A stretch of DNA of 64,000 nucleotides from Candidatus Eiseniibacteriota bacterium (lineage in GTDB: Bacteria; Eisenbacteria; RBG-16-71-46; JABDJR01). The number at the start of each line of letters is the position of its first letter. Position 1 is the stretch's first letter. The notes under the pieces were generated by a model, which was not told where the DNA came from, made no database searches, and worked only from the letters and a program-made list of their open reading frames with translations. Where the stretch lies: NCBI GenBank assembly GCA_963762255.1, contig CAVXKA010000002.1, positions 192,001 through 256,000 on the forward strand, in the 5' to 3' direction. This document shows positions 1 through 11,102 of this stretch, piece by piece. The translations under genes were made by a program, and so were the position numbers.

Positions 1-1899
1 GAAGCGTTCTTCCGCGAATGGCGCCGAGCCGTGGCGTCCTGGGACACTGCCCGCGCCCTGACCGCGGCCGATTCGCTCGTCGCCGCCGCACCGCGCAGCC
101 TGCGAGCGCCTCTCGTGCGCGTCACCCGCGCGCGGGCATACCTTGACCAGGGCGATCCGTCGCGCGCGATCGAGGAAGCGCGCCTTGCGCAACCGGTCGG
201 GGATTCCGCGGAGCTGCGATGGGTTCTCGTGGACGCGCTCATCGCCTCGGCGCGGCCCATCGAAGCGGCCGCCGAGCTGGAAGGGATCGTCGGCAAGTTC
301 GGCGCGGACACCTCGGCGGTGCGGGCGTATGAACGCCGACTGGAGATGTCCGCCGCGGAACCCGACCTCTACCTCACGACCGAGGGTCGCGTGTCCATCG
401 CGCGCTTCCTCCTCGTGCAGCCGGAAAGCGGAGCGCTGGCCTGGATGATCGCGGTGACCGACAGCTCGGGACTTCCGGAGAGCGTGCGCGTGAACGCCGG
501 ACTTGCCGTCGCCGACTATCTCTATCGGGCGAAACGCTACGGCGAGGCCGAGTCTCTGTTGACGCGGCTGTGTCGTTTCGCCACCGGAGCCGAGCGGGAC
601 CGCGCCGTCTTTCTTCTCGCCCGCGTCTACCGCAACACCGGCCGGCCCGGGCCGATGGAGCCGCTCTACCGCGAACTGATGCGGAGAGACGGAGCCCTGG
701 CGCCCGAAGCGGCGTGGGATCTCGCACGCGAGTATGAGAGCCTCGCCCGCTGGTCGCACGCGCGCGCGGTGCACGGCATTCTCATCGACCGCTATCCCGG
801 CTATTCCCACCACCGCGACGCGCTGTTCCGTCGCGGTTTCGCGGAGGTCCGCCTGGGGATGCTCGGCGAGGCGGCGGAGCATTTTCGCGCGGCCTTCGCC
901 GAGTCGAGAGAAGCCGCGGACCGCGAGCAGGCTGCCTTCTGGCTCGCGCGCACGTTGGGCGCGTCGGGCCGTCACGCCGAAGCGCGCGACGCCGCCGCGG
1001 CCGGCGCCATCCAGCGCGAGCCGGTCGATTACTACGGCGTGCGCTTGCGCGAGCGATACGGGTTGCCGTCGGAGGGGCCGCCTCCTCCCGAGAAGATCCC
1101 CCTCAACCCCGACGTGAGTTGGGAATCGGTCGCGGCCGGCGCCGACTGGCCCGACCCGGTGCGCGAATACTTTCTGCGCGGAGTTGAGCTGGCCCGCTTG
1201 GGGATCCTCGACGCGGCGCGGCGCGAGTGGCAGCGCGCCGCCGATCTGGCCCGCGACTTGCCTTTCGTGTTCGAGACGCTGGCGTTCGCCGCCGCCGTAC
1301 ACCATGTCTACCCGGAAGGGGTGCGTTGGGCGAACCGGGCGCAATCGCTCCTTCCGTATGGCTTCCCGACACGCACGGGCTACGACCGCCTCGGCGCTCC
1401 CGCCGCCTACTACGGCGCGGTATCGCGCGCGGCTGCCGCGGCGGGCGTGGAACCCGACCTGCTGTGGGCGATCATGCGCCAGGAGAGTCTCTACGATCCG
1501 CTCGCGGTGTCGCGCGCGGACGCCCGCGGGCTCATGCAGATACTGCCCGCCACGCTCGCCCGCATCGATCGCGGGGAAGTGCGCAGCGAGCCGCGCCCGG
1601 TCGCGGAGCTCTTCCGCCCCGAGGTGAACATCCCGCTCGGCGTGCGCTTCTTCGCCGACCGCCGGCGCGAGTTCGGCGGCAACGTCCTTCCGGCGCTGGC
1701 CAGCTACAACGCGGGGGAGGGCAAGGCGCGTGAATGGATCGCACGGGCGGACGGGGACGTGGAGGAGGTCTTCGTGGAGTGCATCGGCTATCCCGAGACC
1801 TACGACTACGTGCGACGAATCGTCTGGCTGGCCTGGGTGTATCGGGCCTACTATGCTGGGTTGGAATCGTCTCCGGCGACCGGTCGCATCGCACGCTGA
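1..1899 (+). CDS. slt: Soluble lytic murein transglycosylase (Slt70-like) with TPR superhelix; 5' end lies outside the window
   Basis: SLT motifs AIMRQES, ARGLMQI and LASYNAG, plus ETYDYV; N-terminal TPR-like repeats; frame is open from base 1. Confidence 0.88.
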   Translation, partial: EAFFREWRRAVASWDTARALTAADSLVAAAPRSLRAPLVRVTRARAYLDQGDPSRAIEEARLAQPVGDSAELRWVLVDALIASARPIEAAAELEGIVGKFGADTSAVRAYERRLEMSAAEPDLYLTTEGRVSIARFLLVQPESGALAWMIAVTDSSGLPESVRVNAGLAVADYLYRAKRYGEAESLLTRLCRFATGAERDRAVFLLARVYRNTGRPGPMEPLYRELMRRDGALAPEAAWDLAREYESLARWSHARAVHGILIDRYPGYSHHRDALFRRGFAEVRLGMLGEAAEHFRAAFAESREAADREQAAFWLARTLGASGRHAEARDAAAAGAIQREPVDYYGVRLRERYGLPSEGPPPPEKIPLNPDVSWESVAAGADWPDPVREYFLRGVELARLGILDAARREWQRAADLARDLPFVFETLAFAAAVHHVYPEGVRWANRAQSLLPYGFPTRTGYDRLGAPAAYYGAVSRAAAAAGVEPDLLWAIMRQESLYDPLAVSRADARGLMQILPATLARIDRGEVRSEPRPVAELFRPEVNIPLGVRFFADRRREFGGNVLPALASYNAGEGKAREWIARADGDVEEVFVECIGYPETYDYVRRIVWLAWVYRAYYAGLESSPATGRIAR

Positions 1900-1913
1900 G
1901 AAGGAGGATCGAC

Positions 1914-4016
1914 ATGGCGCTCGCCGCGCGCTGTCACAGCCTGCGCCCCGAAAAGAACTCGGGGTGGCTGTCCTTCTTCGAACTCGCCCCGCGGGGGGAG
2001 CGCGCCGCGCATTTCCTCGTGGTGGGACCCGCCGAGTCGTCGCGCGAGACCGCGCGAGCCTCAGCGCTGCGCGCCGGCCAGGCGGCCGTGCGCTATCTCA
2101 AGGACGTGCCGGAGGGCGCTCCCCATCTCACCGTGCTGGAGGCGATCGCGCAGATCGCCTCGCACGAAACGCAGGGCTCGGGGGAGGAGATCGAGTTCGG
2201 CGCCGGCGTGCTGGTGTCGAACCAACTCTGGTTCATGACTCGCGGACGGGTGAAGCTGGCCCCACTGGCGCCCATCTGGAGCCCCCCGCTCGCTGCGGAG
2301 CACGCGGTCGTCTTCGCGGTGGCTCCCGGATCGCGCGTCTTCTTCGGCCGCATCCCGGAGGGGGGCGACGAGCGCACCCTGCGCGATTTCGTCTCCCGAC
2401 TGGAGAGCGGGAGCGGGGGAGACGGCGGTCTCATCGTGAACTTCATCGAAGCATCCGGCCTGCGGGCGGTACCGGGCCGCCCTCCGTACCCGAGTCGTCC
2501 CGCGCCGACTGAACCTTTACCGGAACCCCCGAGCGAGCCGGTTGTCGCTGCGTCGAGCGATCCCGTTGCTCCGCCACCGAGCGAACCGGTGAGCTTCGAC
2601 ACGGTCCTGAACGAGTTGCGCGAGACCTTTGCGCCCGGCGCCTGGGAATACGAGCCCGCTCAGGAAGAGACTCCGCCGCCTCGGGCAGAGACGTCGCCTT
2701 CACCGGGCGAGGCACCCTTCCTTCCAGAAGAACCCGCCTTCCTTCCAGAAGAACCCGCCTTCCTTCCAGAGGAACCCGCTCCTCCGCCGGATGAAGTTGC
2801 AGGTGAGTCGGTGGCGATGGAGTCCCCCCCTCCGCTCTATGCTCCGGAGGAGAGGCGCGGCCTGGGTTTCTGGCTTGGCATCGTGGCCGCAATCATCGCC
2901 GTGGCCGCGGTGGCGGCTTATCTTGCCTTCGTGCGCCCGCGCCTGCGGGAGCCCGCTGACCGGGAGGAGCCGCCGCCGGCGCAGACCGAGGCTCCCGAGC
3001 CGGTCCCGCCCGCTTCCGCCGGCCAAACGATGGAGGACACGGCTCCGGGAATTCTCTGGGAGGAGCGATTCTCCCAGGCTGTCACATCCAGCCCCGTCGT
3101 CGCCGGCGATCGCGTGGTGTTCGGGTGCCGCGACGGCGGCGTCTATGCGCTGGATCGCGCGACCGGTCGCCGCGTGTGGGCCTACGCGGCGAGCCAGGGC
3201 TTCGGGTCCTCGCCCGCTCATGCCGAGAGCCTGATCGTGATCGGGGGCTACGACGGTCGCGTCTACGGCCTCAGCGCCGGCACCGGCGAAGAGCGCTGGA
3301 GCTTCGCCACCGAAGGACGTGTCGTGGCCAGCCCCGTCGCGGACTCGACCTTCGCTTACGTGGCCTCGTACGATCGCGCCCTGTACGCGGTCGCGCTCAC
3401 CGATGGAGCGTTGCGCTGGAAGCGGGATCTCGGCTCGGTGCTCTGGTCCAGTCCGGTCCTCGCCGAGGATCTGGTCATCGCCGCCGGCCTGGACGGCCGG
3501 GTCACCGCGATGGAGCGTCGCGGAGGGCGCGTGCGCTGGCAGGCGACATGCGCCGGCGCCGTCTACTCCACCCCCGTTGTGGCGGAGCGCAAGGTCGTCG
3601 TCGGGTGCCAGGACGGAAAGCTCTACGCTTTCGATCTCGCCGACGGCCACATGGTGTGGACGATCCCCGGCGAGAGCCCGGTGAATGGCTCACCCGCCTA
3701 CCGCGAAGGGCGTGTCGTGGTGGGCACCGACGACGGAACGGTGCTGGGAGTCGACGTGGGCCTCGGCCGCATCGTCTGGCGGGTCGCCACCGGCGGCGGG
3801 GTGAAGAGCCGGCCCGCATTCGCGGATCGCATCGTCTGGGTGAGCGGTTACGACGGCTTTCTCCACGGCATCGAGTGGCTCACCGGAGCCGAAGCGGTCA
3901 AGATCGCCCTCGATTCCGCGGCCTATTCCTCGCCCGCCATCCAGGATGGAGTCGCGTACTTCGGCGTGATGGACGGGCGATTCCTGGCCGTCCGCCTGGG
4001 CCTCAAGACCACCTAA
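1914..4016 (+). CDS. Membrane-anchored PQQ/BamB-like beta-propeller protein with N-terminal degenerate PP2C-like domain and Pro/Glu-rich linker
   Basis: ATG at 1914 after AAGGAGG; TM segment LGFWLGIVAAIIAVAAVAAYLAFV; about 8 SSP...DG.vYAL..TG...W repeats. Confidence 0.8.
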   Translation: MALAARCHSLRPEKNSGWLSFFELAPRGERAAHFLVVGPAESSRETARASALRAGQAAVRYLKDVPEGAPHLTVLEAIAQIASHETQGSGEEIEFGAGVLVSNQLWFMTRGRVKLAPLAPIWSPPLAAEHAVVFAVAPGSRVFFGRIPEGGDERTLRDFVSRLESGSGGDGGLIVNFIEASGLRAVPGRPPYPSRPAPTEPLPEPPSEPVVAASSDPVAPPPSEPVSFDTVLNELRETFAPGAWEYEPAQEETPPPRAETSPSPGEAPFLPEEPAFLPEEPAFLPEEPAPPPDEVAGESVAMESPPPLYAPEERRGLGFWLGIVAAIIAVAAVAAYLAFVRPRLREPADREEPPPAQTEAPEPVPPASAGQTMEDTAPGILWEERFSQAVTSSPVVAGDRVVFGCRDGGVYALDRATGRRVWAYAASQGFGSSPAHAESLIVIGGYDGRVYGLSAGTGEERWSFATEGRVVASPVADSTFAYVASYDRALYAVALTDGALRWKRDLGSVLWSSPVLAEDLVIAAGLDGRVTAMERRGGRVRWQATCAGAVYSTPVVAERKVVVGCQDGKLYAFDLADGHMVWTIPGESPVNGSPAYREGRVVVGTDDGTVLGVDVGLGRIVWRVATGGGVKSRPAFADRIVWVSGYDGFLHGIEWLTGAEAVKIALDSAAYSSPAIQDGVAYFGVMDGRFLAVRLGLKTT
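2716..2778 (+). repeat. In-frame 21-bp tandem repeat x3 (FLPEEPA)
   Basis: CCTTCCTTCCAGAAGAACCCG twice plus one copy with a single mismatch. Confidence 0.9.
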
Positions 4017-4109
4017 CTTGTCCACCCCCCGGGCGTTTGCTAGCGTTTGCGATTCGGGGGGCCGCGACGAGGCCCTCGCCCTCTTTTCCGTCAGGAGACC
4101 CTCGGCCTT

Positions 4110-7100
4110 ATGTTGGACATATTCAGACAGAGCGGGATGAAGACCCTCGAGCGGGTCTTCGGCACCAAGTACGAACGCGACATGCGGCGCCTGGGCCCCA
4201 TCGTGCGCGAGATCAACGAGCTCTTCGAAGACTACAAGTCGCTCTCCGAAGAAGAGTTGCGCGCCATGACGCAGAAACTACGCGAACAGCTTGCCGCCGG
4301 ATCCGATCTCGAGGACGTTCTGCCCCAGGCCTACGCGGCGGTCAAGGAGGCCTGCCGTCGCCACGTCGGCAAGACCTGGGACGTGGTGGGGATGCCCACG
4401 AAATGGGACATGGTTCCCTACGACGTGCAGCTCGTCGGGGCGATCGTTCTGCATGAGGGGCGCATTGCCGAGATGGCCACCGGAGAGGGGAAGACCCTGG
4501 TCGCCCTCATGCCGGTCTACTTGAACGCGCTCACCGGCAAGGGTGTGCACCTCGTCACGGTCAACGACTACCTGGCCCGCCGCGATCGCGAGTGGGTGGG
4601 CCCGATCCTCGAGTACCTCGGTCTGACCCTCGGCGTGATCCAGCATGACCTGAACCCCGTGCAGCGGAGGCAGGCCTACGGCGCCGACGTCACGTACGGC
4701 ACCAACAACGAGTTCGGATTCGATTACCTGCGCGACAACATGGCCATCCGCGCCGAAGAGCAGGTCCAGCGCGGGCACCACTTCGCGATCATCGACGAGG
4801 TCGACAACATCCTCATCGACGAAGCGCGAACCCCGCTCATCATCTCCGGCCCCGTCACCCAGACCCACACCTACTTCGACGACATGAAGCCGCAGGTGGA
4901 GCGGGTGGTGCGCGCGCAGAGCACACTCGTCACCTCCTGGATGAGCGAAATCGAAGGCGCGCTGGAGAAGGAGGGATACGACGAGCCGACCTACGAGACC
5001 GCGACGCGGCTCCTGCAGGTGAAGCGCGGCGCCCCCAAGAACCGGCGCTTCATGAAGCTGACCTCGGAACACCCTGGACTGCAGAAGGCGATGCGCAAGG
5101 TTGAGTTCGACGCCACGCGGGACAAGCGGATGGGCGAGATCGACCAGGATCTCTTCTACACGATCGAGGAGAAGAACCGCGAGATCGATCTTACCGACAA
5201 GGGCCGCCAGGCCATGGGGCCGGACGATCCCGAGATGTTCGTGCTTCCCGATCTCGCGGTGGAGGTGGAGGAGATCGAGGCCCGCGAGGAGCTCGAGCCC
5301 CACACGCGAATTCAGGAGAAGGAGAAGGCCTTCCGGCGCTATGCGGAGCGCGCGGACCGCATCCACGCCGCCATGCAGCTCCTGCGCGCGTACTCGCTGT
5401 ATGAGAAGGACGTGGAATACGTCATCCAGGACGGCAAGGTGCTCATCGTCGACGAGTTCACCGGACGCCTCATGGCGGGCCGCCGGTGGTCGGACGGCCT
5501 TCACCAGGCGGTAGAGGCCAAGGAGGGGGTAACGGTCGAGGGCGAAACCCAGACCTTCGCCACCATCACCCTCCAGAACTACTTCCGGCTCTACGACAAG
5601 ATCTCGGGGATGACCGGCACCGCGGAAACGGAGGCCGCCGAGTTCTTCGCCATCTACAAGCTCGACGTGGTGAAGATCCCCACCAACCGACCGATGCGCC
5701 GCAACGACATGAACGACCTCATCTATCGCACCCGGCGCGAGAAGTACAACGCGATCGTGGAGGAGGTGAAGGCGCTTCACGAGGTGGGACGGCCGGTTCT
5801 CGTGGGCACGACCAGCGTCGACGTGTCGGAGACGGTCAGTCGCCTCCTCAAGCGCGACGGGCTCCGCCACAGCGTACTCAACGCCAAGCACCACCAGCGC
5901 GAGGCGGAGATCGTGTCCCGTGCCGGCGAGTTCGGCGCCGTCATGATCGCCACCAACATGGCCGGCCGCGGCACCGACATCAAGCTCGGGGAAGGTGTCC
6001 TCATCGACGCCGAGAAGGGGATCGAGGGCGCCAAGGACCGCGATGGGAACATGGGGCTCGCGATCATCGGCTCGGAACGCCACGAGAGCCGGCGCATCGA
6101 CCGCCAGTTGCGCGGGCGCTCGGGCCGCCAGGGTGATCCGGGCTCGACGCGGTTCTTCCTCTCCCTGGAAGACGACCTCATGCGGCTCTTCGGCTCCGAG
6201 CGGGTCTCCGCGATCATGCAGCGGCTGGGCGCCCAGGAGGGGGAGGCGATCGAGCACCGCTGGGTGACGCGGGCGGTGGAGAACGCGCAGAAGAAGGTCG
6301 AGGAGCAGAACTTCTCGATCCGCAAGCGACTGCTCGAATACGACGACGTCATGAACAAGCAGCGCGAGGTGGTCTACGGGTTGCGGGGGCGGGTTCTGCG
6401 CGGTGAGTCGATGCACGACGAGATGCTCGACTACATCGACTCGGTGGTCGAGGGCGAGGTGGCGGGGCACACCGACACCGCCGATCCCGTCACCCGGGAC
6501 GCGGTCAGGCTCGTCGCCGCCGAGCTGGAATTGACTTTCGTGTCCCCCATGCTCCACGAGCAGATCTTCTCCCATCCCACGGTGACCCCGACGGACGTGG
6601 CCGACCATTTCAAGCACATGGCTCGCGAGGCCTACGAGCGCCGGGAGAACGACTGGACCTCGGAACTGACCCGCGAGGTCGAGCGGCGGGTGATGCTCTC
6701 GGTGATCGACGAGAAGTGGCGCGACCACCTCTACGAAATGGACATGCTCAAGGAGGGGATCGGGCTTCGCGCCTGGGGGCAGAAGGATCCTCTCATCGAG
6801 TACAAGCGCGAGGCGTTTGCCGCTTTCGAGACCATGATGGACAGCCTGGGCGAGGACGTGGTGAAGCGGTTCTTCCGCGTCTCCATCGTGCGCGAACCGC
6901 AGCGCGCCGCCCCCGAGCCGCCTCCCCTGTCCACCCTCTCTCCCCGCGTGACCTCGGTCAGCGCGGCACGCGAAAGCCACGCGAGCTTCTCAGCGTTCGG
7001 GGGGGGAGGCGGGGAGGCCGCCCCCTCAGCCACTGCGACCTCGGCGCCCTCCGCGCCCGCCGAACCGGTGCGCGTGGGGCCCAAGGTCGGTCGCAACGAT

Positions 7101-7157
7101 CCCTGTCCGTGCGGGAGCGGTAAGAAATACAAGAAGTGCCACGGGGTGGGAGCGTAG
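4110..7157 (+). CDS. secA: Preprotein translocase ATPase SecA
   Basis: [32 protein letters not shown] and [18 protein letters not shown] motifs; C-terminal SEC-C motif [18 protein letters not shown]. Confidence 0.98.
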   Translation: MLDIFRQSGMKTLERVFGTKYERDMRRLGPIVREINELFEDYKSLSEEELRAMTQKLREQLAAGSDLEDVLPQAYAAVKEACRRHVGKTWDVVGMPTKWDMVPYDVQLVGAIVLHEGRIAEMATGEGKTLVALMPVYLNALTGKGVHLVTVNDYLARRDREWVGPILEYLGLTLGVIQHDLNPVQRRQAYGADVTYGTNNEFGFDYLRDNMAIRAEEQVQRGHHFAIIDEVDNILIDEARTPLIISGPVTQTHTYFDDMKPQVERVVRAQSTLVTSWMSEIEGALEKEGYDEPTYETATRLLQVKRGAPKNRRFMKLTSEHPGLQKAMRKVEFDATRDKRMGEIDQDLFYTIEEKNREIDLTDKGRQAMGPDDPEMFVLPDLAVEVEEIEAREELEPHTRIQEKEKAFRRYAERADRIHAAMQLLRAYSLYEKDVEYVIQDGKVLIVDEFTGRLMAGRRWSDGLHQAVEAKEGVTVEGETQTFATITLQNYFRLYDKISGMTGTAETEAAEFFAIYKLDVVKIPTNRPMRRNDMNDLIYRTRREKYNAIVEEVKALHEVGRPVLVGTTSVDVSETVSRLLKRDGLRHSVLNAKHHQREAEIVSRAGEFGAVMIATNMAGRGTDIKLGEGVLIDAEKGIEGAKDRDGNMGLAIIGSERHESRRIDRQLRGRSGRQGDPGSTRFFLSLEDDLMRLFGSERVSAIMQRLGAQEGEAIEHRWVTRAVENAQKKVEEQNFSIRKRLLEYDDVMNKQREVVYGLRGRVLRGESMHDEMLDYIDSVVEGEVAGHTDTADPVTRDAVRLVAAELELTFVSPMLHEQIFSHPTVTPTDVADHFKHMAREAYERRENDWTSELTREVERRVMLSVIDEKWRDHLYEMDMLKEGIGLRAWGQKDPLIEYKREAFAAFETMMDSLGEDVVKRFFRVSIVREPQRAAPEPPPLSTLSPRVTSVSAARESHASFSAFGGGGGEAAPSATATSAPSAPAEPVRVGPKVGRNDPCPCGSGKKYKKCHGVGA

Positions 7158-7191
7158 CCGTCCCGGGGGAACCGCTGGTATTCTCGCCGCG

Positions 7192-8091
7192 ATGCAGACA
7201 CGGGTGCCCGTCTTTCTCGACCACCTTCGCAATGCTCGCCGGTACTCCCCGAGGACGGTGGAGGCCTACCAGCGCGACCTCGCCGATTTCGCATCGTTTC
7301 TGACCCCCCGGATGAAGGGCGCTCCGCGGGCGGAAGAGATCGGTGAAGAGGATGCCCGTGCGTATCTGCGCGAGCTGACCCGCCGAGGCCTCTCCGCGCG
7401 GACCGTGGCGCGACGGCTGGCCACCCTGAAATCGTTCCGCCGCTACCTCAAGGCGCGGGGCGTGGACGGGGTCCGGGTCGGACCCGACATCAAGGGCCCG
7501 CGTCTCCCGAAGCGACTCCCGCCGTTCTTGAGCGAGGAGGATCTGCAGCGACTCCTCGACGGGCCCGGATGGGAGGAGACGCGCTGCCCCGAGCGGGATC
7601 GCGCGATCCTCGAGATGCTCTATGGCACCGGCATCCGACTCGCCGAACTGGTCGGCCTCAGGGTCCGCGACCTGAACGCGGCGGGAGGGATCCTGCAGGT
7701 GCGCGGCAAGGGGAACCGCGAACGCCGGGTGCCGGTGGGGGAGGCGGCGCTGACCGCCGTCGCCGCCTATCGCGCCACGATTCCCGGCGGACCGGGCGAC
7801 GCTCCGCTCTTCCCGGGACGCAAGGGAGCGCTTTCGCCGCGCACGGTGCAGCGCATCGTGACCGGACACCTGCGCCGCATCGCGCGCCGCGCCCACTTGA
7901 GCCCGCACCTGTTGCGGCACAGCTTCGCCACCCATCTTCTCGACCGCGGGGCCGAGCTGCGCTCGGTACAAGAGCTGCTCGGTCACGCTTCCCTGGCCAG
8001 CACCCAGGTCTACACCCACATCACCATGGAACGACTCCGAACCGCCCACGCGCAGGCGCACCCTCGCGGCGGCGCCGGAAACAAGGAATGA
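7192..8091 (+). CDS. xerC: Tyrosine recombinase XerC
   Basis: GIRLAEL, GKG, HLLRHSFATH and LRSVQELLGHASLASTQVYTH; catalytic residues intact. Confidence 0.85.
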   Translation: MQTRVPVFLDHLRNARRYSPRTVEAYQRDLADFASFLTPRMKGAPRAEEIGEEDARAYLRELTRRGLSARTVARRLATLKSFRRYLKARGVDGVRVGPDIKGPRLPKRLPPFLSEEDLQRLLDGPGWEETRCPERDRAILEMLYGTGIRLAELVGLRVRDLNAAGGILQVRGKGNRERRVPVGEAALTAVAAYRATIPGGPGDAPLFPGRKGALSPRTVQRIVTGHLRRIARRAHLSPHLLRHSFATHLLDRGAELRSVQELLGHASLASTQVYTHITMERLRTAHAQAHPRGGAGNKE

Positions 8092-9023
8092 ACTCGATGC
8101 CCAAGCGCGATCTGCTCACCCTGCTCGATCTCACACCGGCCGAGCTCAACGACACCCTCGATCTCGCCGCCGCGCTCAAGCGCGAGCACGGCGAGGGACG
8201 CCTGCGCACGCCGCTCAAGGGAAAGGTGCTCGGCCTCGTCTTTCACAAGCCGAGCCTGCGCACCCGCGTCTCTTTCGAGAGCGGCATGGCCCGGCTCGGC
8301 GGCACCGCCATCTATATTTCGAACGCGGAGATCGGGATGGGCACCCGCGAGACGGTGGGGGATATCGCCCAGGTGCTCTCCCGCTACGTGGACGCGATCA
8401 TGATCCGCACGTTCTCGCACAAATGGGTGGAAGAGCTGGCGGCCAAGGCCCGGGTGCCGGTCATCAACGGCCTCACCGACGACTTTCACCCCTGCCAGAT
8501 CCTCGCCGATCTCCTCACCGTGAAGGAGAACTTCGGCGCGCTGAACGGCAAACACATCGTCTTCGTGGGCGACGGCAACAACGTGGCCAAGTCGTGGATC
8601 AACGCCGCGCGACGGCTGCCCATCCGCTTCACGTTGTCCTGTCCGCCCGGCTTCGAACCCGACGCCGCGTTCATGGATGCGGCCCGCAAGGACACAGGCG
8701 ACCGTCTCCGCATCGAGCACGATCCGCACCGCGCGGTGAAGGGCGCCGACGTGGTCTACACCGACGTGTGGGCGAGCATGGGCCAGGAGGCCGAAGCGGA
8801 AGCGCGCAAGGCGAAGTTCCGTCCCTATCAAGTGAACGAACAGCTCGTGGCGGGGATGGACTCCAAGGGCATCGTTCTCCACTGCCTCCCCGCGCACCGC
8901 GGCGAGGAGATCACCGACGGGGTCGTCGACGGTCCGCGCTCGAGGGTCTTCGACGAGGCCGAGAACCGCATGCACGCGCAGAACGCGCTCCTCGTGCGGT
9001 TGCTTGCCGAGGGGTGGCGCTGA
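8088..9023 (+). CDS. argF: Ornithine carbamoyltransferase
   Basis: SLRTR, HPCQ, DVWASMG and HCLP motifs; ATG overlaps the xerC stop. Confidence 0.96.
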   Translation: MNSMPKRDLLTLLDLTPAELNDTLDLAAALKREHGEGRLRTPLKGKVLGLVFHKPSLRTRVSFESGMARLGGTAIYISNAEIGMGTRETVGDIAQVLSRYVDAIMIRTFSHKWVEELAAKARVPVINGLTDDFHPCQILADLLTVKENFGALNGKHIVFVGDGNNVAKSWINAARRLPIRFTLSCPPGFEPDAAFMDAARKDTGDRLRIEHDPHRAVKGADVVYTDVWASMGQEAEAEARKAKFRPYQVNEQLVAGMDSKGIVLHCLPAHRGEEITDGVVDGPRSRVFDEAENRMHAQNALLVRLLAEGWR

Positions 9024-9040
9024 AACATCGGGGGCGTCTC

Positions 9041-10162
9041 ATGCAGGCAGCGCGAGGATCGCGCGAGGGGAACCGGCGGCCGCGCGGCGGGCGCTGGCCG
9101 CTGCTTGCCTGCGTTCTCGTCGCGGCTTGCGCTCGTCCGATGCCCCCCCCGGGCGGCCCTCCCGACATCACGCCTCCGCGCATTCTGAGCGTGAGCCCGG
9201 AGAGCCTCGCGGTGGGGGTGCCCACCGAGGCGGCGATCACGATCACCTTCAGCGAACCGATCGACCGCGCGACCATCGAGCGCGCGCTCTGGGTCGCGCC
9301 CGGCGGCGCGGTGAAACCCAAGTTCTCCTTCAGCGGCGACGCGATGACGGTGCGCCTCGGCGCGCCGCTCCCCGATTCAACCACCGTCGGCGTCCTCCTC
9401 ACCACCCTGGTGCAGGACCGCAAGCGCGACGGCACGCAAAACGCCATCGCCGAGCCGCATCGATGGATCTTCTCGACCGGCGGCGCGCTCTGGACCGGGC
9501 GCGTCTCCGGGAAGGTGGATCGCGGCAACGTGACGACGCCGCCCGCTGGAGGAGCGAACCGAGGGCTCGTTCTCGTCGGGCTCTACCCCGGCGACGCCGA
9601 CACCGTGCCCGATCCGTCGGAGACCGAGCCGGCGGCCATCACGCAGATGCGTGCGAACGGCGAGTTCACGTTGGAGGGCCTCCCGACCGACGGCCGGCGG
9701 CGCTGGCTGCTCGCCATGTTCGATCGCGACGGCAACCGGGCCTTCAACGATCGCGGCGACTTCGTGAGCGCGAGCGGAGAGCCGATCGTCCTGAAGCCGG
9801 ACTCGAACGCGGTCGAGGTGTTCCTCCGGCTCATCGATCCCAGCACCCCGGCCGAGGCGAGCGGTACGCTTGAGCGCGCCGAAGGGGACAGCGCATCGCT
9901 CTGGGTGGCGCTCTATGAAGCGGCGGCCGAGACGCTCGCCACCCCGAAGGCCAAGGTCCAGGTCGCACGCGCCGGCGCGTTCCTGCTACGCGGTGTGCCC
10001 GCGGGCGCGTATCGCCTGGTCGCCTTCTGCGACGAGAACGGGAACTCGAGGCGCGATCCCGAGGAGACCTGGATCATCTACGAGGGGACGGTGGAGCTTG
10101 CGCCCGCGGAGAAGCGCGAGCTGGGCACGCTCGATGCGCCTCACTGCCGTCCCGCACCCTGA
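9041..10162 (+). CDS. Lipoprotein with Big_5/Ig-like domain
   Basis: Lipobox LVAAC followed by ARPMPPPGGPPDITPP...ITFSEPID; DRDGN and DENGN Ca-binding-like loops. Confidence 0.7.
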   Translation: MQAARGSREGNRRPRGGRWPLLACVLVAACARPMPPPGGPPDITPPRILSVSPESLAVGVPTEAAITITFSEPIDRATIERALWVAPGGAVKPKFSFSGDAMTVRLGAPLPDSTTVGVLLTTLVQDRKRDGTQNAIAEPHRWIFSTGGALWTGRVSGKVDRGNVTTPPAGGANRGLVLVGLYPGDADTVPDPSETEPAAITQMRANGEFTLEGLPTDGRRRWLLAMFDRDGNRAFNDRGDFVSASGEPIVLKPDSNAVEVFLRLIDPSTPAEASGTLERAEGDSASLWVALYEAAAETLATPKAKVQVARAGAFLLRGVPAGAYRLVAFCDENGNSRRDPEETWIIYEGTVELAPAEKRELGTLDAPHCRPAP

Positions 10163-10180
10163 TCACAAGGAGAGACCGCG

Positions 10181-11053
10181 ATGTTCGAAGGCGTTTCTGT
10201 GGCTCTGGTGACGCCGTTCCGCGACGGCAAGGTGGACGAGCGCGCCCTGCGCGATCTCATCCGGTTCGTGCTCGGACAGGGTGTCGACGGACTCGTGCCA
10301 ACCGGCTCCACCGGAGAGGCTCCGGCGCTGAGCGACGAGGAGCGCGAACGGATCTGGCGTATCGCGCTCGAGGAGGCCAAGGGACGCGCGTTCGTGATCG
10401 CCGGGACAGGCACGAACGTCACGGAGAGTTCCATTGCGCTCACCCGCCGCGCTGCCGCGGTGGGCGTTGACGGGTGCATGCTCTCCGCGCCCTACTACAA
10501 CAAGCCGACCCAGGGCGGGCTCCTGGCCCACTTCCGCGCGGTGGCGGACGCCGTGGACATCCCGCTCGTGATCTACAACGTGCCCGGCCGCACCGCGGTG
10601 AACATCCTTCCAGGCACCGTGGCCGAACTCGCCGCCCATCCTCGCATCACCGCCATCAAGGAAGCGTCCGGCTCGCTCGACCAGGTCACCGAAATCCTCG
10701 CGCGCTGCGAGATCACCCTGCTCTCCGGTGACGACTCGCTCACGCTGCCGATGCTCGCCGTGGGGGCGAAGGGGGTCGTGTCGGTCGCGGGCCACCTCGT
10801 GGGGAACGAGATGCGGCGCATGCTCGAGACCTTCGAGGCCGGACGCGTCGCCGAAGCGGCGGAGATCCATCGCCGCGTTTTTCCGCTGATCCAGGCCCTG
10901 TTCCGGGAGAGCAATCCGGGACCGGTGAAGGCCGCCCTCGCGCTCCTCGGGCTGATTCAGGATGAGTTGCGACTTCCCCTCGTGCCGGCGGGGGAGGGGA
11001 CACGCGACCTGCTCGCGAGGGAGATGACCGCGCTCGGCCTGCTTCCGCGCTAG
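10181..11053 (+). CDS. dapA: 4-hydroxy-tetrahydrodipicolinate synthase
   Basis: GSTGE, PYYNKP, YNVPGRT, IKEAS and SGDD motifs; SD AAGGAG. Confidence 0.97.
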   Translation: MFEGVSVALVTPFRDGKVDERALRDLIRFVLGQGVDGLVPTGSTGEAPALSDEERERIWRIALEEAKGRAFVIAGTGTNVTESSIALTRRAAAVGVDGCMLSAPYYNKPTQGGLLAHFRAVADAVDIPLVIYNVPGRTAVNILPGTVAELAAHPRITAIKEASGSLDQVTEILARCEITLLSGDDSLTLPMLAVGAKGVVSVAGHLVGNEMRRMLETFEAGRVAEAAEIHRRVFPLIQALFRESNPGPVKAALALLGLIQDELRLPLVPAGEGTRDLLAREMTALGLLPR

Positions 11054-11082
11054 AGGGCGGCGCTTCCGCGCTGGAGCGCGGC
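11041..11082 (+). repeat. 21-bp imperfect tandem duplication across the dapA stop
   Basis: GCTTCCGCGCTAGAGGGCGGC / GCTTCCGCGCTGGAGCGCGGC. Confidence 0.7.
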
Positions 11083-11102
11083 GCCGAGCCGGCGCGCCTG
11101 TC

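Noticed and set aside
2716-2778. 21-bp repeat as a regulatory or phase-variation element
   Set aside because: It is in-frame within a low-complexity linker, so copy-number changes would only alter linker length
4278-6980. Long antisense or alternate-frame ORFs (e.g. 4278-6980, 11500-14220, 21057-23327, 52283-55276)
   Set aside because: Shadow ORFs expected from high-GC codon bias; they overlap well-supported genes and have no recognisable motifs
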